Source: Fimbriosthenelais zetlandica (Eukaryota). Taken from it: a DNA stretch of 64,000 nt. The stretch covers positions 35,774,001-35,838,000 of the forward strand of contig OZ365110.1 of assembly GCA_977030845.1 (NCBI GenBank). The letters run 5' to 3'. The translations under genes were made by a program, and so were the position numbers. The notes beneath the pieces were generated by a model. It did not search any database and was not told where the DNA came from. It was given only the letters and a program-made list of their open reading frames with translations. Below, piece after piece: positions 26,001 to 39,199 of this stretch. Each line of letters opens with the position of its first letter. The stretch's first letter is position 1.

Positions 26001-26899
26001 AATTATACTTCATAAAAAATATAATTATTCTTAATGCATGAGCGCAATTATATATATAGAAACTTAAGTATACTTGAATACAGGTCTGCAGCAGACTGAA
26101 TGAAGTTAAGGAAATAAGATTGGAACAAGAACAATAGTTTCTCTCACATGCCAAGTCCCTGTCTGGTGTCCCCAAGTCAATTACACTCAGACGACCAGAT
26201 CTACTTCATGTCAAAATGAATATTGAAAAAAAAGTTAAAGAAGAAATCAAGACAGTGAAAGGCACTGTCCTGAATGGGGTGACACTGGAGAATAATCACC
26301 CGAACAAGATGCTACAGGCAGTTGACAGACACCTTTCATGGGTGTTGTCGTGTTGGTGAAAAATTGACAATAATCACATTCAGGGAGGGAAACTGTTGGT
26401 TCATTTTGTCCCCCAAGGACAAAAAATATCAGTCTCTTTGGAACCATTAGGAACTGCAAGGATGCCTTCCTCCGCCCTCTGGCCAGCCCTCTATCAGATC
26501 GTTGAGAACACTTCCTGTTTGGACTTTGCCAGTCCCCAAAGCAACATGCCAATCTCACAGGACCTCAGTGAGCTGCCGGAAATGGGGAGTGGGCCATGAA
26601 TTTTTCAACCAGTCCCAAGAGAAATACACTCAGGAATTGATACCTAATCTTGGCATTAATCATGGTAAAATAGAGGTCTTCACATGTAAGTTGGGTATCA
26701 GTGTTTATTGATATCCAATAAACATCATCTCTTAGTGTTTTCGTGTTTTTTTCAAAAGCTACACTAGAGGAATTTAATTGCTGGATGGCCAGTGACTGAG
26801 GAGACACATGCGAGTTGTGTCAACATGAAGAAAGCTAGGTTATCACCCAATGTTAAAATTTCTATCTAGAGGAGACAAGAAGATGTTAGAGGCAGTTGT

Positions 26900-29800
26900 T
26901 TCCTCCCTAAGGGGCTGTTAGAGATGATGCCTCAGCGACTTGATAAGATGTAAAATTGATCTGTGTGGGTTGCAGGCTGCCCTTTTCTGTGTGATAGATG
27001 ATTATATATACAAAGGAGGTCGTCTACATTGAGTTCTTTTTCAGATCGCAGCAAAAGCTGACAACGCAAAGCTTCTTTTTCTGCAATAATTATGTTGTTG
27101 ACAGCCATGCATGCAGAATTTCTTGCTGGATGTCCTTGCCAGGTTTCTGTCATCCCAGTCTGAATTGATGGAAGACTAATACTAACAAAGACATGTCAGA
27201 AGGATTAGACCTGTTGATGTCCCATTAGGAAGACTGAGCTGACAATCTCATCAGTCTGAACCTGCTACCCTTTCCCTTGGCTGTACCCTGCAATGGTCCA
27301 ACTCAAGTACTGAGATTACTTCCTCCAGACACAAAAAGTCAATAGAAGTGGAGTGTTTCCGACTGGTCAAGGCCATGCCTCCTCCAGGGCCCATCGGTGT
27401 GCTTTGGGGGGAAGAATGGGATGGAGGAGGTGGACTTGGAAGAAGAGGAAGAGCTTCTGAAGGAGGTAGAGGAGAATAGGGAGAAAGGACCAGGGCTTTA
27501 GTGACAATCTTCGGTCTGTGAAATCTGCAAATATCAGGCAAGGTTCCATGTAATTCAAAAGGCACTGTATGCACTCTGCGAGTTCGCCCTCCTATTGGAG
27601 ATTCCTAGGTGTATGGATGGAAGTGAAAGACAGGCTTGGTTTGTGGGTAGTGGACCACATAAAGGGATTATCTGAACAGTCTGGGTGTGATGCCCAGGGG
27701 CCCTCATGGACATACTGGTCTGCCCATGTGATGTCAGGCGTTAGACCCATGGGGAAAGCAACAAGGGGACATGGGCCACCAACTCAGTAACAGTTAACCA
27801 ATATTGTTTTGGCCAAACCATCTACATTTCCAAGCAGTGTTTTTTTCTCTTGAAGGATAATCATTCATCCAGCTTTTGCAGTTATCACTAGGTTTAAAAG
27901 TAGCCATGAATCTTCTTACATACTTTACCACCTATTTTCTTATTTTTAGTGTTTAAAAAGAATGAGATAATTCATACTATGGGTCGGACTGAGAAATATG
28001 CAGAGGCATATCAAACAGGGTGGGAATTGCGTGATAGGAAAAAACCTCCATTTAGTGTAGCAGTGCGTAAGCAATGCCATAAACACAAGGCTACGAGTAG
28101 TGGATTCTCCACACAACATCAAGCACAGAGAAAGCAGCAACGGCAGCTGTGTAGAGTCTTTTTGAGAAATATTCTGCTGGAATTACATAGCGCTATATCA
28201 AGGGATGCTTGTACACGGTGAGGCCCAACACTCCAATTACCTCTCACTGCCCAACAACAAAAGGCTTCGTCGCCTTGGTTAGCCTGTCTAAGTTAAAAAA
28301 GAATGATGGGTTGCAACAACACAGGCTTCTGGTTATCTCGTACGATAAAAAAGCCAGTATCTTAATGTGGCTCTGCTCAGACCAGACAGTTGCTGATGTC
28401 AGATAATTCCGCTTCATAGAGATCTATTCTTCCAGCAAATTGATAGATGTGACATCCGAATCTTATCTTTCAACCAGCATTTTGTTGGTGAATTGATATG
28501 GGATGGCTGATCTAGGAGGCATTTTTCTTTAATCAAGCCGTATGTTCCATGGCCTAGCCGGACTAATGATGCACAATGTACGTTATCCCACATGGGTTCT
28601 AATCAACACAGTACCTAATACCCATCCAGTACATTTTTGACCTGGGCCAACAATAACACCTAGCTTGTCTTCGGCTCATGGCTTTCCAACCACAAAATTG
28701 TTACCATAGAGTGTTTGGCTGCTTCATAGACAGGCACTTAATATAAAAGCATGGCGGAAGACTACTCCGCATTTAGAACCATTCCTGCCAATACCATTGT
28801 ATTGAAATCAATTAAAAATTCAATATATAACTCTAGGCCTACACACTAATCCTTTTCAAAATTCTGCAAGCTGCATTTGATTCAGACAGATTACCTGGGC
28901 GATATTATACTCAAACAGAACATATTTCCAATGAGAGTTGTATCAAGAAAATTGAGCTGTCTATTTCTGCAATTCCTGCACGAGAATTTCCTCGATTGGG
29001 TTGCTTCGAGCATTACTGGTCAGCTCAGCATATAAGGGCAGTTCCTGATTGAGCTCTTACCACCGGTGCCTGTGGCCATTAGATAGGACTGGCCAATTCT
29101 GACTGTTCCACAGACTAACTGGAGGTGGGAGGGCCGTGGGTGGGGGAACGTGTGATGCCTAGCTTTATTGCTGCTACTGCCAGGCCCAAAGGCTAGCCGG
29201 CCACCTGCCCTGACAACTTTAGCAAAATGTTAAATGCTACTTATTTAAGCTCTTCAAGAGCTGCCCTTAATGAACATGTAACACCTTAGATATTCCACCT
29301 TCAGAAATTCCTTTAACCAAAGCCCAAGTGTACTAAAGGCAGTGTCTACAGAAATGGCTCTATTCATACCATAGTCATCGCATAGGAATAATTGATCAGA
29401 ATATATCTGTATCAAAATATGATTACATTTGCTGCTTATATTATTATGCTTACAATATACAAAAGTTTATATAGCCAGCCACCTGTTGCAATGTCGATAC
29501 AATAATATAATTACTCTGACAACTTAAATAGACGTAGGGCCCATGTCAAAAGGAAAATTAACAATGCTAAGTCTATATCTAATTTTGGTTTTCAAATGGG
29601 CTCCTAGAGCACGTATCAGCACCACCTAAATTAAGACACTACTATCCTTTGAGAAGCGAGCCATGTAAAAGATGTGCTGGGTGGCTGGGCTCATTGCCTG
29701 GGAGATGCCTTCAAAGTATCAGAGCCTCTGCACACAGTATATGAAGGCTTCTGAAATCTCCATACTGCACCTGTCAAATTTGTTCATGCTTGTCTGCATG

Positions 29801-30250
29801 CAGGAAGAGCAGCTGGCAGGCTTTACGATGACCGAGGACACTTTTTCCTGTATTATCCCTCAGATCAGCCTGCGAGTGACAGCCTCCCAGTCTCCTCCCA
29901 CAAAAAATCAATATCCTTCCAAAGTTGCTTGGCTGGTTTGCACGTGCCACACACAAGGAAGAAAGGATATAATGGCAGGTTATTATTTAATCCATGCATG
30001 GAGGTAGGAGAACGCCGTGGGAGGTCCTGGTTGGATAATTGGCACTCCGCTTGGCTACACACAGTTTCCCCGAATGGGAAAATTAACACGACCAAGTATA
30101 CTTGTGGTTTTACCATCATCAACACGGTTTTAATTAAATTTTTATCTGGAGTGTAAGATAATTGCAGCCATTGAAATATTAAAAATGATTTCCCCGGCGT
30201 TTTTTCGGGGTGAGATTTCCTCACTCCCTCTTCTTATAGAGAGTGAAAAG
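26900..30250 (-). mobile_element. Decayed, near-complete DIRS element (pol to YR)
   Basis: FQWLQLSYTPDKNLIKTV (pol start), PFFLV, QADLRD...HRK..LLF (DLKDAY...HRK.L.F) at 29770-30200. YR-like RRV, LSLKPWSFLP, AWLSTT and QINFTSY at 26950-27600. Confidence 0.55.
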
Positions 30251-30649
30251 GGGAGAAAGGAGGAGAGTGATGGCGGGAGCTTTCAGCTATGGTAGAGGAG
30301 GGGGTAAGAACATCCTTTCTTGTTCCCCTGGGGGAGCAGAGAAGCCATTGTTTTCTTCCTTATCAGCATCCAGCAAGACTTGGGCATGGACGTGCCCTTT
30401 TCCTGTATATTAACCCCCAGTCCTCACATGCCCACACACCTTCAGGCCAGCAGCCTTTGTCGGTGGAATAAGACATTTACATTTTCCTGAGCCTGTACCC
30501 TACCACCGCCTCTATGTAATCTAGTAAGGCTGCTCTGTGTAATTAATCAAATGTTGGGTAGATATATTAGATACCTCAAGGAAACAATGGGGTTAACTCC
30601 CCCCTTTTTGCTATACAACGGCTGTGATTAAAAGCAATAAACTCTTACT

Positions 30650-30950
30650 GGCACGATACATCAACGGAAAGGCAGCATGGTGGAATAATTAGACGAAGTC
30701 TATCAATCAAAGCAACACCCAACAATTAATCATAGGAAGCGATACATTCCCCATATTAATTAGGGATAATATGCTTTAATAGAGAAGTCTGAAGGAGTTG
30801 TAGACGGCAGGCAGACGGAGGAGAAACCGGCCAACAAACCCTGGAAGGATGTATACGACTGACATGGCTTTATGGTGTAGGAAGTGTGCAGAGTGATGAG
30901 TTATGTGGGACAGACCGAGGAGTACTGGGGCTTGAAGAGTCTACTAGAGG
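30650..30950 (+). mobile_element. 3' end of an RTE-like LINE
   Basis: Frameshifted RKRYIPHI...EGVVDG / GRRRRNRP / KPWKDV, resembling the RTE C-terminus RKL.Y.GH..R...EG...G.R.RGRP..W.D. Confidence 0.45.
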
Positions 30951-31989
30951 TAGGAGAATTATGGACCAGAGGCAGCTGAGCTAAGCCCCTATCTCCTATT
31001 GGGACAGGGATTTCCAAAAGGCCCATCAAGTCAGGTGGCTGAGTTACGATTCCACACTGGTGATTCAGCCCAAGGGGTCCGGCACCCTTGCAACACGGCC
31101 ATTGTGATTGATGAAGATCATGCTATAAACCTGCTAATATTCCAAGCAGGTTAACTTCTAAGTACTGCCGGTGACACCCCCGAACCACCTTATAAGCCAC
31201 ATCTGCCGGTAATGTCCCACAGAGCATAAAAATGTTAATAATGGCCCGGGACATGAGAATACTCGCGAGGATGCATCTTATGACAAAGCCTTGATGAATC
31301 TGCCGGCAAGGAAAAAGGCCAATGACCCATCCTTCCCATAGCCGAGTTATACAAGTGGGTCATGCCTATTGCACGTTGCCTTAATTGCAGTATTATGATG
31401 ATAATGTTAGTATGTTTTCTCTATGGGGGAGAACAGGCATCATGCTAATGAAGGAAGCTTCTTGCTTATCATGATAATTGAGGGATAGCAGGAAAGTAAT
31501 ACAACCGATATCTGCATCATTTATCATGTTCTGAGAGGAATCTTAAATGCCAAAGGCCTGCAGAACAAAGGACTGCAGCATTTAACGGACACGCGCATTG
31601 AATGCACCAATGGAGAAAGGTTTCCTTTCCTTATTGTCCCCTGAATGTATTTTACACGCATTCTCCATTGTCATTATGATAAATGGACAGTGAATTAGCT
31701 AATTTTTTTTATACATCCCATATCATGATGAACGCATCTGATTTACATCTGAATGGAACTGCTTTTTGTCTTGTGTGGGGAAACTAATTATTGTTTCAAT
31801 GTGGCGGTCTAAGTACGTATAGGCATTGTGACATTCAAACTGAAAGTCGTACATAAGGAGTAAACATGCATCTCACGGAAATGTTACGATTTGGAGCAGG
31901 TAATATGTTCAGAATGTCACCAAAGTCACTACTTCTGACCGAGAAGAGAAATATTAAATTAAGTGCAGCACGATATGATGCAATATTTT

Positions 31990-32300
31990 CAACGGAATAT
32001 TCCATCAGAGCCAGTAAGCTTATCAGCTTTTGGTATCAGCAGGTTTGCGGTGGCTCGGGGGTCATTCTGGGCAATGTAGCTGGTAGAAGGATCAGTAATC
32101 AGCAAATGATGGACAGGTAATACACCTGGGATGTGATGGCCACTCCAGTGAAAGGCAATACTGAATTCATAGGGACCTCTTCTCCCTTTCACTCGGGTCT
32201 CTATATTATCCATACACTCAACAGAACTCAACTGATTGCCAACACTGGATCTTTCTGTAGGTCGTTTCAAAACGAACATTAGTCATTTACTTAGCATTTC
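31990..32300 (-). mobile_element. DIRS/Ngaro RNase H fragment
   Basis: ORF 31989-32279 contains VECMDNIETRV (..DN..VV) and WSGHHIPGV (A.HIPG). Confidence 0.4.
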
Positions 32301-32549
32301 TAATGTTCCTTTTGAAATAGAACCCATAAGGAAAATTAACAATGGATAGTCTATGGCTAATTTTTGTTTTGAAAAGTTCAGGGTAAATAATAATGATTGC
32401 TCTTTTCTTGACCCATTTATCTGCATGACGGTGCAAAGCAAACACTATAATTTATTAGAGATGAGGGGTGTCGGATTTGTTAGTTTCAGTTGCCACTACC
32501 TGAGAGAGCTCCAAGTCAAGTAATATTATTTTGGTGTGCCAGAAATATG

Positions 32550-34900
32550 AAAGATCCCTTAGAGAAGTGAATAACGAAGCTACCATGGATTGCCTTGAAT
32601 GCCTAGGCCTAACTCAATCAGGCAGCACGTGAAGGACGACCTCTACTGCTCTTCCTAATAGATGCACTAGATTCCTTTGTGCAAATGCTGAGTCGAGTTT
32701 GGAGCGTCACGATCGGCCAGATTTTTTTCATGTCATCGGAAAGGCGCCAAGTTGTTCTGTCGCCTGGCTGAAAAGAGTGTTTCATATCCTGCCAAATGAA
32801 AAGCAGGGAAGCTTAGTGCTATAGCCATCACCATACCAGTGCTTGGTCATGTCTACACAAGTGTCTCTGACACTCTATTGAGGGGCTGCACGAGTTAGCT
32901 TCCACCACTCCTAGACCCACAAATAATATGCGTGACACCTTGTGAAAAAAGTATCCACCTGATTCGATCGGAGGAGGCTGGTGGTGACTATCATTAGCTG
33001 AATCTTTGCCTCCCTGGCTGGTGGCAGGCAGATGTGGGGGTTGGGGATGGGTGGGGGGAATATCGGTCCTGGGGATGACTTTAATCTGTATGCTGTCCGC
33101 ACACTTCATAATTACCCAGAACGGGGATGCGAAAGGAGGGAAATTTCCATGTAAATTATGGGGAGATGATATTTCATACTGCTTAATTGGCATGGGAGCG
33201 TTACAATGACTGCTGCAGGGGAGGCAATGGAATAAGCCGATACCGCTCTGCGAACATAGGTGGCAATACTAGCTCTCCTTTCAAGCATCACAGGACACCA
33301 CCACAGGAATAACTGTCGCGTGCAATACACACTCAGGAATATATATGAAGTTGGAAATTGTGCAAGGGAAAGTGGTTGGAGGTATATGAGGAACACCCCT
33401 GTTGAATATGCACATTGAGGTTAAGTTGAAGGCTCGAGTACTGCTTAGGCTATTATTGATACTATAAGAATAAATGATTTCAAATTTATAGGACCTTCTT
33501 TTGCCAAATCTATCACACACAGGTCTTTTCAATATCGGAGCCATTCCTCTCCATCATGCTTGATGGTCTGTAACGTTCAGACGTCACCGGTGAATTGAAA
33601 GGATAAAAGAGAGATAGAGGCCGAGCCAGGCACGAGAGGCTGGGATCGATGCAACTAAGGAAAGGGCAGAGAAGCAAGCTCGAAAATGGATCGGTGTGAA
33701 ATAGATATATACATACGGAGGCAACCCCCCTCCCAGGAGAAATAATTGTGAGATAAGTAAGGGAACTGGGGACAAGAAGAAGACAGAGGGAGGGATAATA
33801 TGGTTAGGTTCTGTGGTCAGTAATACCAGGTATATAAGGGCTATTCTAAGCCATTGGCTTTTGGCGCAATTAGGTGAGACCAACATTGCACGGTTCCCTC
33901 CTCTGAGAGGCTGTGATATGTGGTATCTAACCATCATAGGTCTATAAGAATGGCCGGGCACAGAGCTCCCTGATGTACTTTCGTTGTAGGTGTCAACTTA
34001 GCACACAGTCAGAGATTGATCTTTTGGTGTCTGAACCTAAGGTTTGGTGCCTCTACCTATGTGACTGTTGGGGATTCAGCGCTGCTGGGCCTTCCCTTCA
34101 ATATGGGGAATTAATATTCCAACAGCCCAGAGAAGCCAGTATCGAGCCATTAGTTGATAAGGCACGTCACAAGGAGCCAGATCAAAGTCCTAACTACCTC
34201 GGGATTCGGGTGTCCAAAAGACAAACACCCGAGGCACTCAATAATTAAGAGGGATGCCTTCTTTACCATGACGTGCTGGTTCAAAGGGAAATCCATACTC
34301 AGAAAATCGTTGGTAGGCCTGGAGGATGGGAAGGGGAAAGCAAGCAAGGTATTTTCTCATGTGGACCAGTAATAATTATAATGCATTCATCTTTCGAGTG
34401 TTCCTAAATTACCCCCTGCTGAGGATCAATCCATGTGATATGAGAAACACTCTTCATAACACGAATGACTATGCTATAGCATTATACAGAAACCTCATGC
34501 AGAGACTTTGCCTGCAGCATAAAGCCTTATCCCCCACTCCCTTGTGTATAGAAAGCATTGGCCTTGCATGATGGTGGTAGAATGAGCAGCGAAAGGTTGC
34601 CACAGCGGTTTCCTTAAGGCCCGGTGCTCATTCTCTTCATGAATTATGAGCTAGTAGTTCTGAAGAGGGCTATTTGGATGGCAAGGTCCACTCATCTACT
34701 GTGGCCAACTCTGCCTAGTTTATCATTCTAGCTGATGGCTTACGGAAGGACAGACAACACAAGTAACATCAGTATTCCCGTGTCCTTCATGACATTTTGG
34801 GATTTACCTATTTGCCATGCAGGCAGTTATGGGCAGGCTAGCAGCAACTCGCATTTTACTTACCCTGTCCTTGTTCTGCCTAGACCAGTACCCATCTCCA
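32550..34900 (-). mobile_element. Decayed DIRS1-type element (RT, RNase H, MT, YR)
   Basis: VLP*AIS (LPFGLS), KKASL (TDAS), LWAVGILIPHIEGK (AL..FLPHI.G), HIGRGTK (YI..QGGT), VPGHSY (HIPG.N), FFLSPVPLLISQL (MT-like YAFPP..LI..VL), FLWW...SIATYVRRAVSAY (YR N-terminal 'TI.GYRSAIS'). Confidence 0.6.
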
Positions 34901-35231
34901 TTATGACACTCAGACCCTCCTCAGAATATATCATATGCCACGTCTAATTCAATCAGGAGATGGCTGTCCATTATTTTCATCTGGCGTGTTTAGCAATGAG
35001 CACCAGGTCAGAATGTATGATCTTTTTCGTTGTTGTATTTCAAAGAATATTTTTCAGAATTCCTCACCAAAATTTAAGACTACAATACATAAGCTCCAAG
35101 TGATACAATCAATCCGAGGACCCAGATCTTGTTCCATAACAACAATCAACAATGTTTTTCTTGTAACTTACTTCTAGAAGGTTGTCTTGTTTCCCATTTA
35201 GAAACAAAGACGAGTACTAATAAAGACTTAC

Positions 35232-35392
35232 CTGATTTGGTTTGGGGAGGCATTCTAGGATACTCAGCATGAGTATTCTGCTTCCGTCTGGGTCACTAGG
35301 CATGCGCACCGAGAGTGCATCCAGTAGCATTTGGTAGAGGGCATTGGTGAAAAGAGGTTCCGGAAGTTCCCGAAGGAAATCTTTTAATACTC
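35232..35392 (-). CDS. syd-1: SYD-1-like RhoGAP, middle exon of the GAP domain (161 nt)
   Basis: Acceptor atttgcag|GA, donor CAG|gtaagt. Reads (G)VLKDFLRELPEPLFTNALYQMLLDALSVRMPSDPDGSRILMLSILECLPKPNQ, closely resembling Drosophila RhoGAP100F as I recall it. Phase 1 in, phase 0 out, matching both neighbours. Too short for the ORF track. Confidence 0.93.
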
Positions 35393-36299
35393 CTGCAAAT
35401 GTACAGAAAGAAGAAAACGTCTATTAGCCTGATTAAATAATCTTGAAGGCAACCATAGGAACAAGGCAGAGCTTTTTTCTTTCATTTCCCTCGTCTCTTC
35501 CTCTGATTTCCCCACCCTACTTTAGTCTGGATAAGAAACATGAAGGGGACGACCAGCTAAATGAAGGAATGTGGCAAGAAATGATTAACGTGGGGATGTC
35601 CTTTGACTCAGCCGGGTAAAACCAAGCCTTTCTCGGAGTACTAATCAGATTGCTTCCTCACTTTTTACCCATCGATTCCCAGTTAAAACACGAAGAGCTT
35701 AGCAAATTCCTGTTGCAATCACTGCTGTGGACAATGCACCAAGTTGTGCCTTGGTAAAAAAAAATTAATAATGGTCAGTCAAATATAAAAGGAACAATAC
35801 GAACACCCCATGGATATCAACTTGCACTTGGCCCATTTTAAATGCATGATTGAAGGTTGAGTTTTCATTATTTTTTAAGCTGTTGGCAAAGCTTCATGTT
35901 TGCGATTGTGATAACAGTATTCTGAATGGATCCGCCACTGATGGTTAATTGACATTCCATTAGGAATGTGATAGGAGACTCATAATATTACGTATTGCGA
36001 ACCTGTTTGGAGAAATGTGGATGGAGGGAGCAATGCAGCAGGCCATCGTCTTATCAATATCTAATCTAGGTAAAGGCTTGGAGGCAATCCAAGATAGGCA
36101 AAGCTAGATTACCACTAACAGAAGCTTGCTGATAACTGACTTGGTGCCTTATCAGAGAGAGGCCATGAGAGACAGTTAAATATTATCCAATATCGGAGTA
36201 AGGTTGTGTTAGGTCATAGTGTACCGAGAAAAGGGGGGAAAGAGAGAGAATAGAAGATAAGCAGGGAGAAAACATTGACAAGGGGGGAGGTGAGAGAAT

Positions 36300-38550
36300 G
36301 AGAGAGGGGGGAGGGGGAGAGAGGAGTCCCTCTGCGGAGAGGATGGAAGCAACCCGAGATGAAACCGTTGGGATTAGATCAAGGGCTTGCCTGAGCGATA
36401 TTATGTGAGGGTAGCGAGGCGTGAGACTAACTCAATACCCCGATTGTCTCTGATTGTTCGATTCCCACCCGTGAAGGCATTCCCCCTCCAGCTCCAACAC
36501 GCTTTGCCTGTCAGCAAGTGGAATATTGGAAGCATGGGCAAACGTGATGGGGGAGAGCGAGAAGGAACTGACAGCGATATAATGAACATCTACCACTGTC
36601 ACTGTCTGTCTCTAGATTGCCTAAGTGGAATATGAGAGATATGAGTAGTGGGTTAAGGGGCAGGGGGGTGATCGCTGTATTATTAAATACAGGAACAATT
36701 TGATGGAAAGCAATGTACTGGCGATACGAATACCTCGAGCAACGCTTCACTGGTTTAATCATATTGTTGATGACGCATGGATGATGAATCAAGGATAATA
36801 CTGATATTCATGGCAGCGGAATTATTGTTCTAGAATTACATACATTTTAATGGGATAAGTTTAGATGTACTAATAATGGTAGTGGAAGAACGATACAGTT
36901 GGTTGCAGTGTACAACGAAGGATCACAGATTATACCATTATGTATGACCCTCCTGCACTCCTGCAGACCCATGCATGTAATACTGCCCATAATCGGTATT
37001 AGGGATACAATATTGTGTGGACTACTGGGCCATATTACAAAGACCTGATGGAGAGGGAACGGAGGGTTTTAGGCACTGAGAACCGATGGAGGGCAAGGAG
37101 GGTTTTAGGCACTGAGAACCGATGGAGAGAAAAAGGGGAGATTTAGGCACTGAGAACTGATGGAGAGAAAAAGGGGAGATTTAGGCACTGAGAACTGATG
37201 GAGAGAAAAAGGGGAGATTTAGGCACTGAGAACTGATGGAGAGAAAAAGGGGAGATTTAGGCACTGAGAACTGATGGAGAGGGATAGAAGGGTTTTGGGT
37301 ACTGAGAACTCATGGAGAGGGAAAGGGGAAAGGCCCGAGGGAAAGGGGAAGGGGGAGCAAGAGAGCAAGAAGGGGGAGCAAGAGAGATAGAGAAGGAAGA
37401 GATGGAGATAGAGGATGGGGAGCTCAAGTAGCAGGGGCACGCATGTACTGCAGACGGAGGCTGTCTGACTGAGGTCTTATCATGGAACTCACTAATTAGG
37501 GGCTGGGCCAAGCTGCCTGGGCTGCAAATGACTTCCCCGTCAGCTCTGGCCCTGGATCTGATTCTCACTGGCAGTGAAATTGATGTTGTTAGCCATCGCT
37601 TTAAAGGCGAGCGACTTGAGCCCTCCCAACTAGATAGAACACGACGCCTGTAGAAGCTTGTCGACGCCTAGAGGCGCCTCCGGTAGGCTGGCATCGATAT
37701 TGGTCCATTGTGTACCAATACAGCACTGATATAGTCTCTTCAAATTGGGGCTTCATGACAGTTAATTGACCTGAATTGACGATTGCCTTCCCATGATTGA
37801 TATGGGCAATGTTTAAAATATGCTTTAGGAGGCAAGAGTGGCTTCAAATGAATTGCGTAGACCTGTTGCAGAGGAAGTGAGCTGATGGCCAACAAACTCC
37901 TGTGAAAATGGCAAATGAAAATGCCCCTCCACTTTGAATGTACACAGGACAACCACATTTCCTCCTACACGAAAAACACATTGGTTGTAGGCGACATATC
38001 ATTATCTGGGTTAGTACAGGAGCGATGGGTAGCTTAAGCCAACAGGGCTGGCTCACCAAACGAATAGGGGACAGTGGAGGCTGAGGGAAGAGTGGGGAGG
38101 GGGAGAAAGAGAGAAGTGCTTTTGTTGGAGCGCTTCCATTTACTACATATAAACGCCAAACAAGCCTGGTTTTGATGTGATGCCAGGGAAGGGAGGAAGC
38201 CGATAAAGGCAGTATGCCACACGTGCCCTGCATGCTGGAAAAGCAAAGCAATGGAGAGATGGAGGCAGAGATGGAGGCAGAGAGAGAGAGATTTGGGTGG
38301 GAAGGATGGATGTAAGGAGGGAGGGAAGGAAGGAAGGGGGAGGGGAGATGAGAGCGTGTCTTACTCGGTATAACACGAGGACGCCAACCATGTAGCCAAG
38401 ATTCACACCCTTTAATGATACCCTAAGAGAGGAGGGTGGAAAATTCACCTCCTCCTGTTGCCCGTCGCCCACAGGAAGCAGTCTTCCCATGGAGGATTTC
38501 CGGGAGGACAGCCCCTTGCAGCTGGCGACGGCCACTTAGAACCTCTTAAG
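36300..38550 (-). mobile_element. Decayed DIRS1-type pol (RT, RNase H, MT), interrupted by a minisatellite
   Basis: GRLLPVGDG (PVGGRL), SHQNQACLAF...LPSASTVPYSF (HQ.YL.F...LPFGLSTAP..F), VPVFNNTAI (V..DNTTAV), FHLGNL...SLYR (HIPG..N..AD.LSR), RGNAFT (DAF). Confidence 0.5.
37045..37320. repeat. 38-bp minisatellite, about 7 copies
   Basis: Unit ttaggcactgagaactgatggagagaaaaaggggagat. The aggcac starts fall at 37071, 37107, 37145, 37183, 37221 and 37259. Central copies are identical, outer copies degenerate. Confidence 0.92.
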
Positions 38551-39199
38551 CTTGATGGAAATTGACGAGGGTCCGGCCACCTCGGTCCCTAGTCCGGTCG
38601 GCCAGTGTATGAAAGCAGGGAAGGAAATGTGAAATTGATGGGAATGTGCACTACAAGCATTGAATGAGAATGGTGCAGGTGTGTTGTTTTTATGCCCTCA
38701 AGACATTGTGCTCCAGTACAATGTTCAAATATATAAATCTGCTATCTTATATAGGTCATGGGACGATGGATTTCTTCAGCGGTATGTTGCCTTTTACTAT
38801 GATGATCCTTGAAGTCTAAGATGGAATTTCGAATAACAGGAAATGTGTAGAAATGTTAAGAAGCCTTCCTCTTCATGGGAGGGGTTAAGGAACAGAAGAT
38901 ATCTCACTTTGCCTGCTCAGCATTCCTAATTAGCCATCAGAGAATTCAACCCCAAGCCTTTAACTCTTCATTCTTAAACCTTCTTAGTAGAGCATCAGAT
39001 TATGGTGTATATGCCGGCTCAGTCCCGAGCGGCTTCCTGCTTTGTCAGCATTTAAGCAATTCTAACCAAATTAAGGAAAAGCCTATAGGCTATATATTCA
39101 ATAGTGTTGATACTTGCAATGTTTAAAATGTCAAGGCTGACAGGAATTTAGATTATGACGTTGCCCAGCAGCAGCCAATAGCATGGAAGACAGATTTAC

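Noticed and set aside
37045-37320. CRISPR-like array
   Set aside because: Units are contiguous with no unique spacers, there are no cas genes, and the context is eukaryotic.
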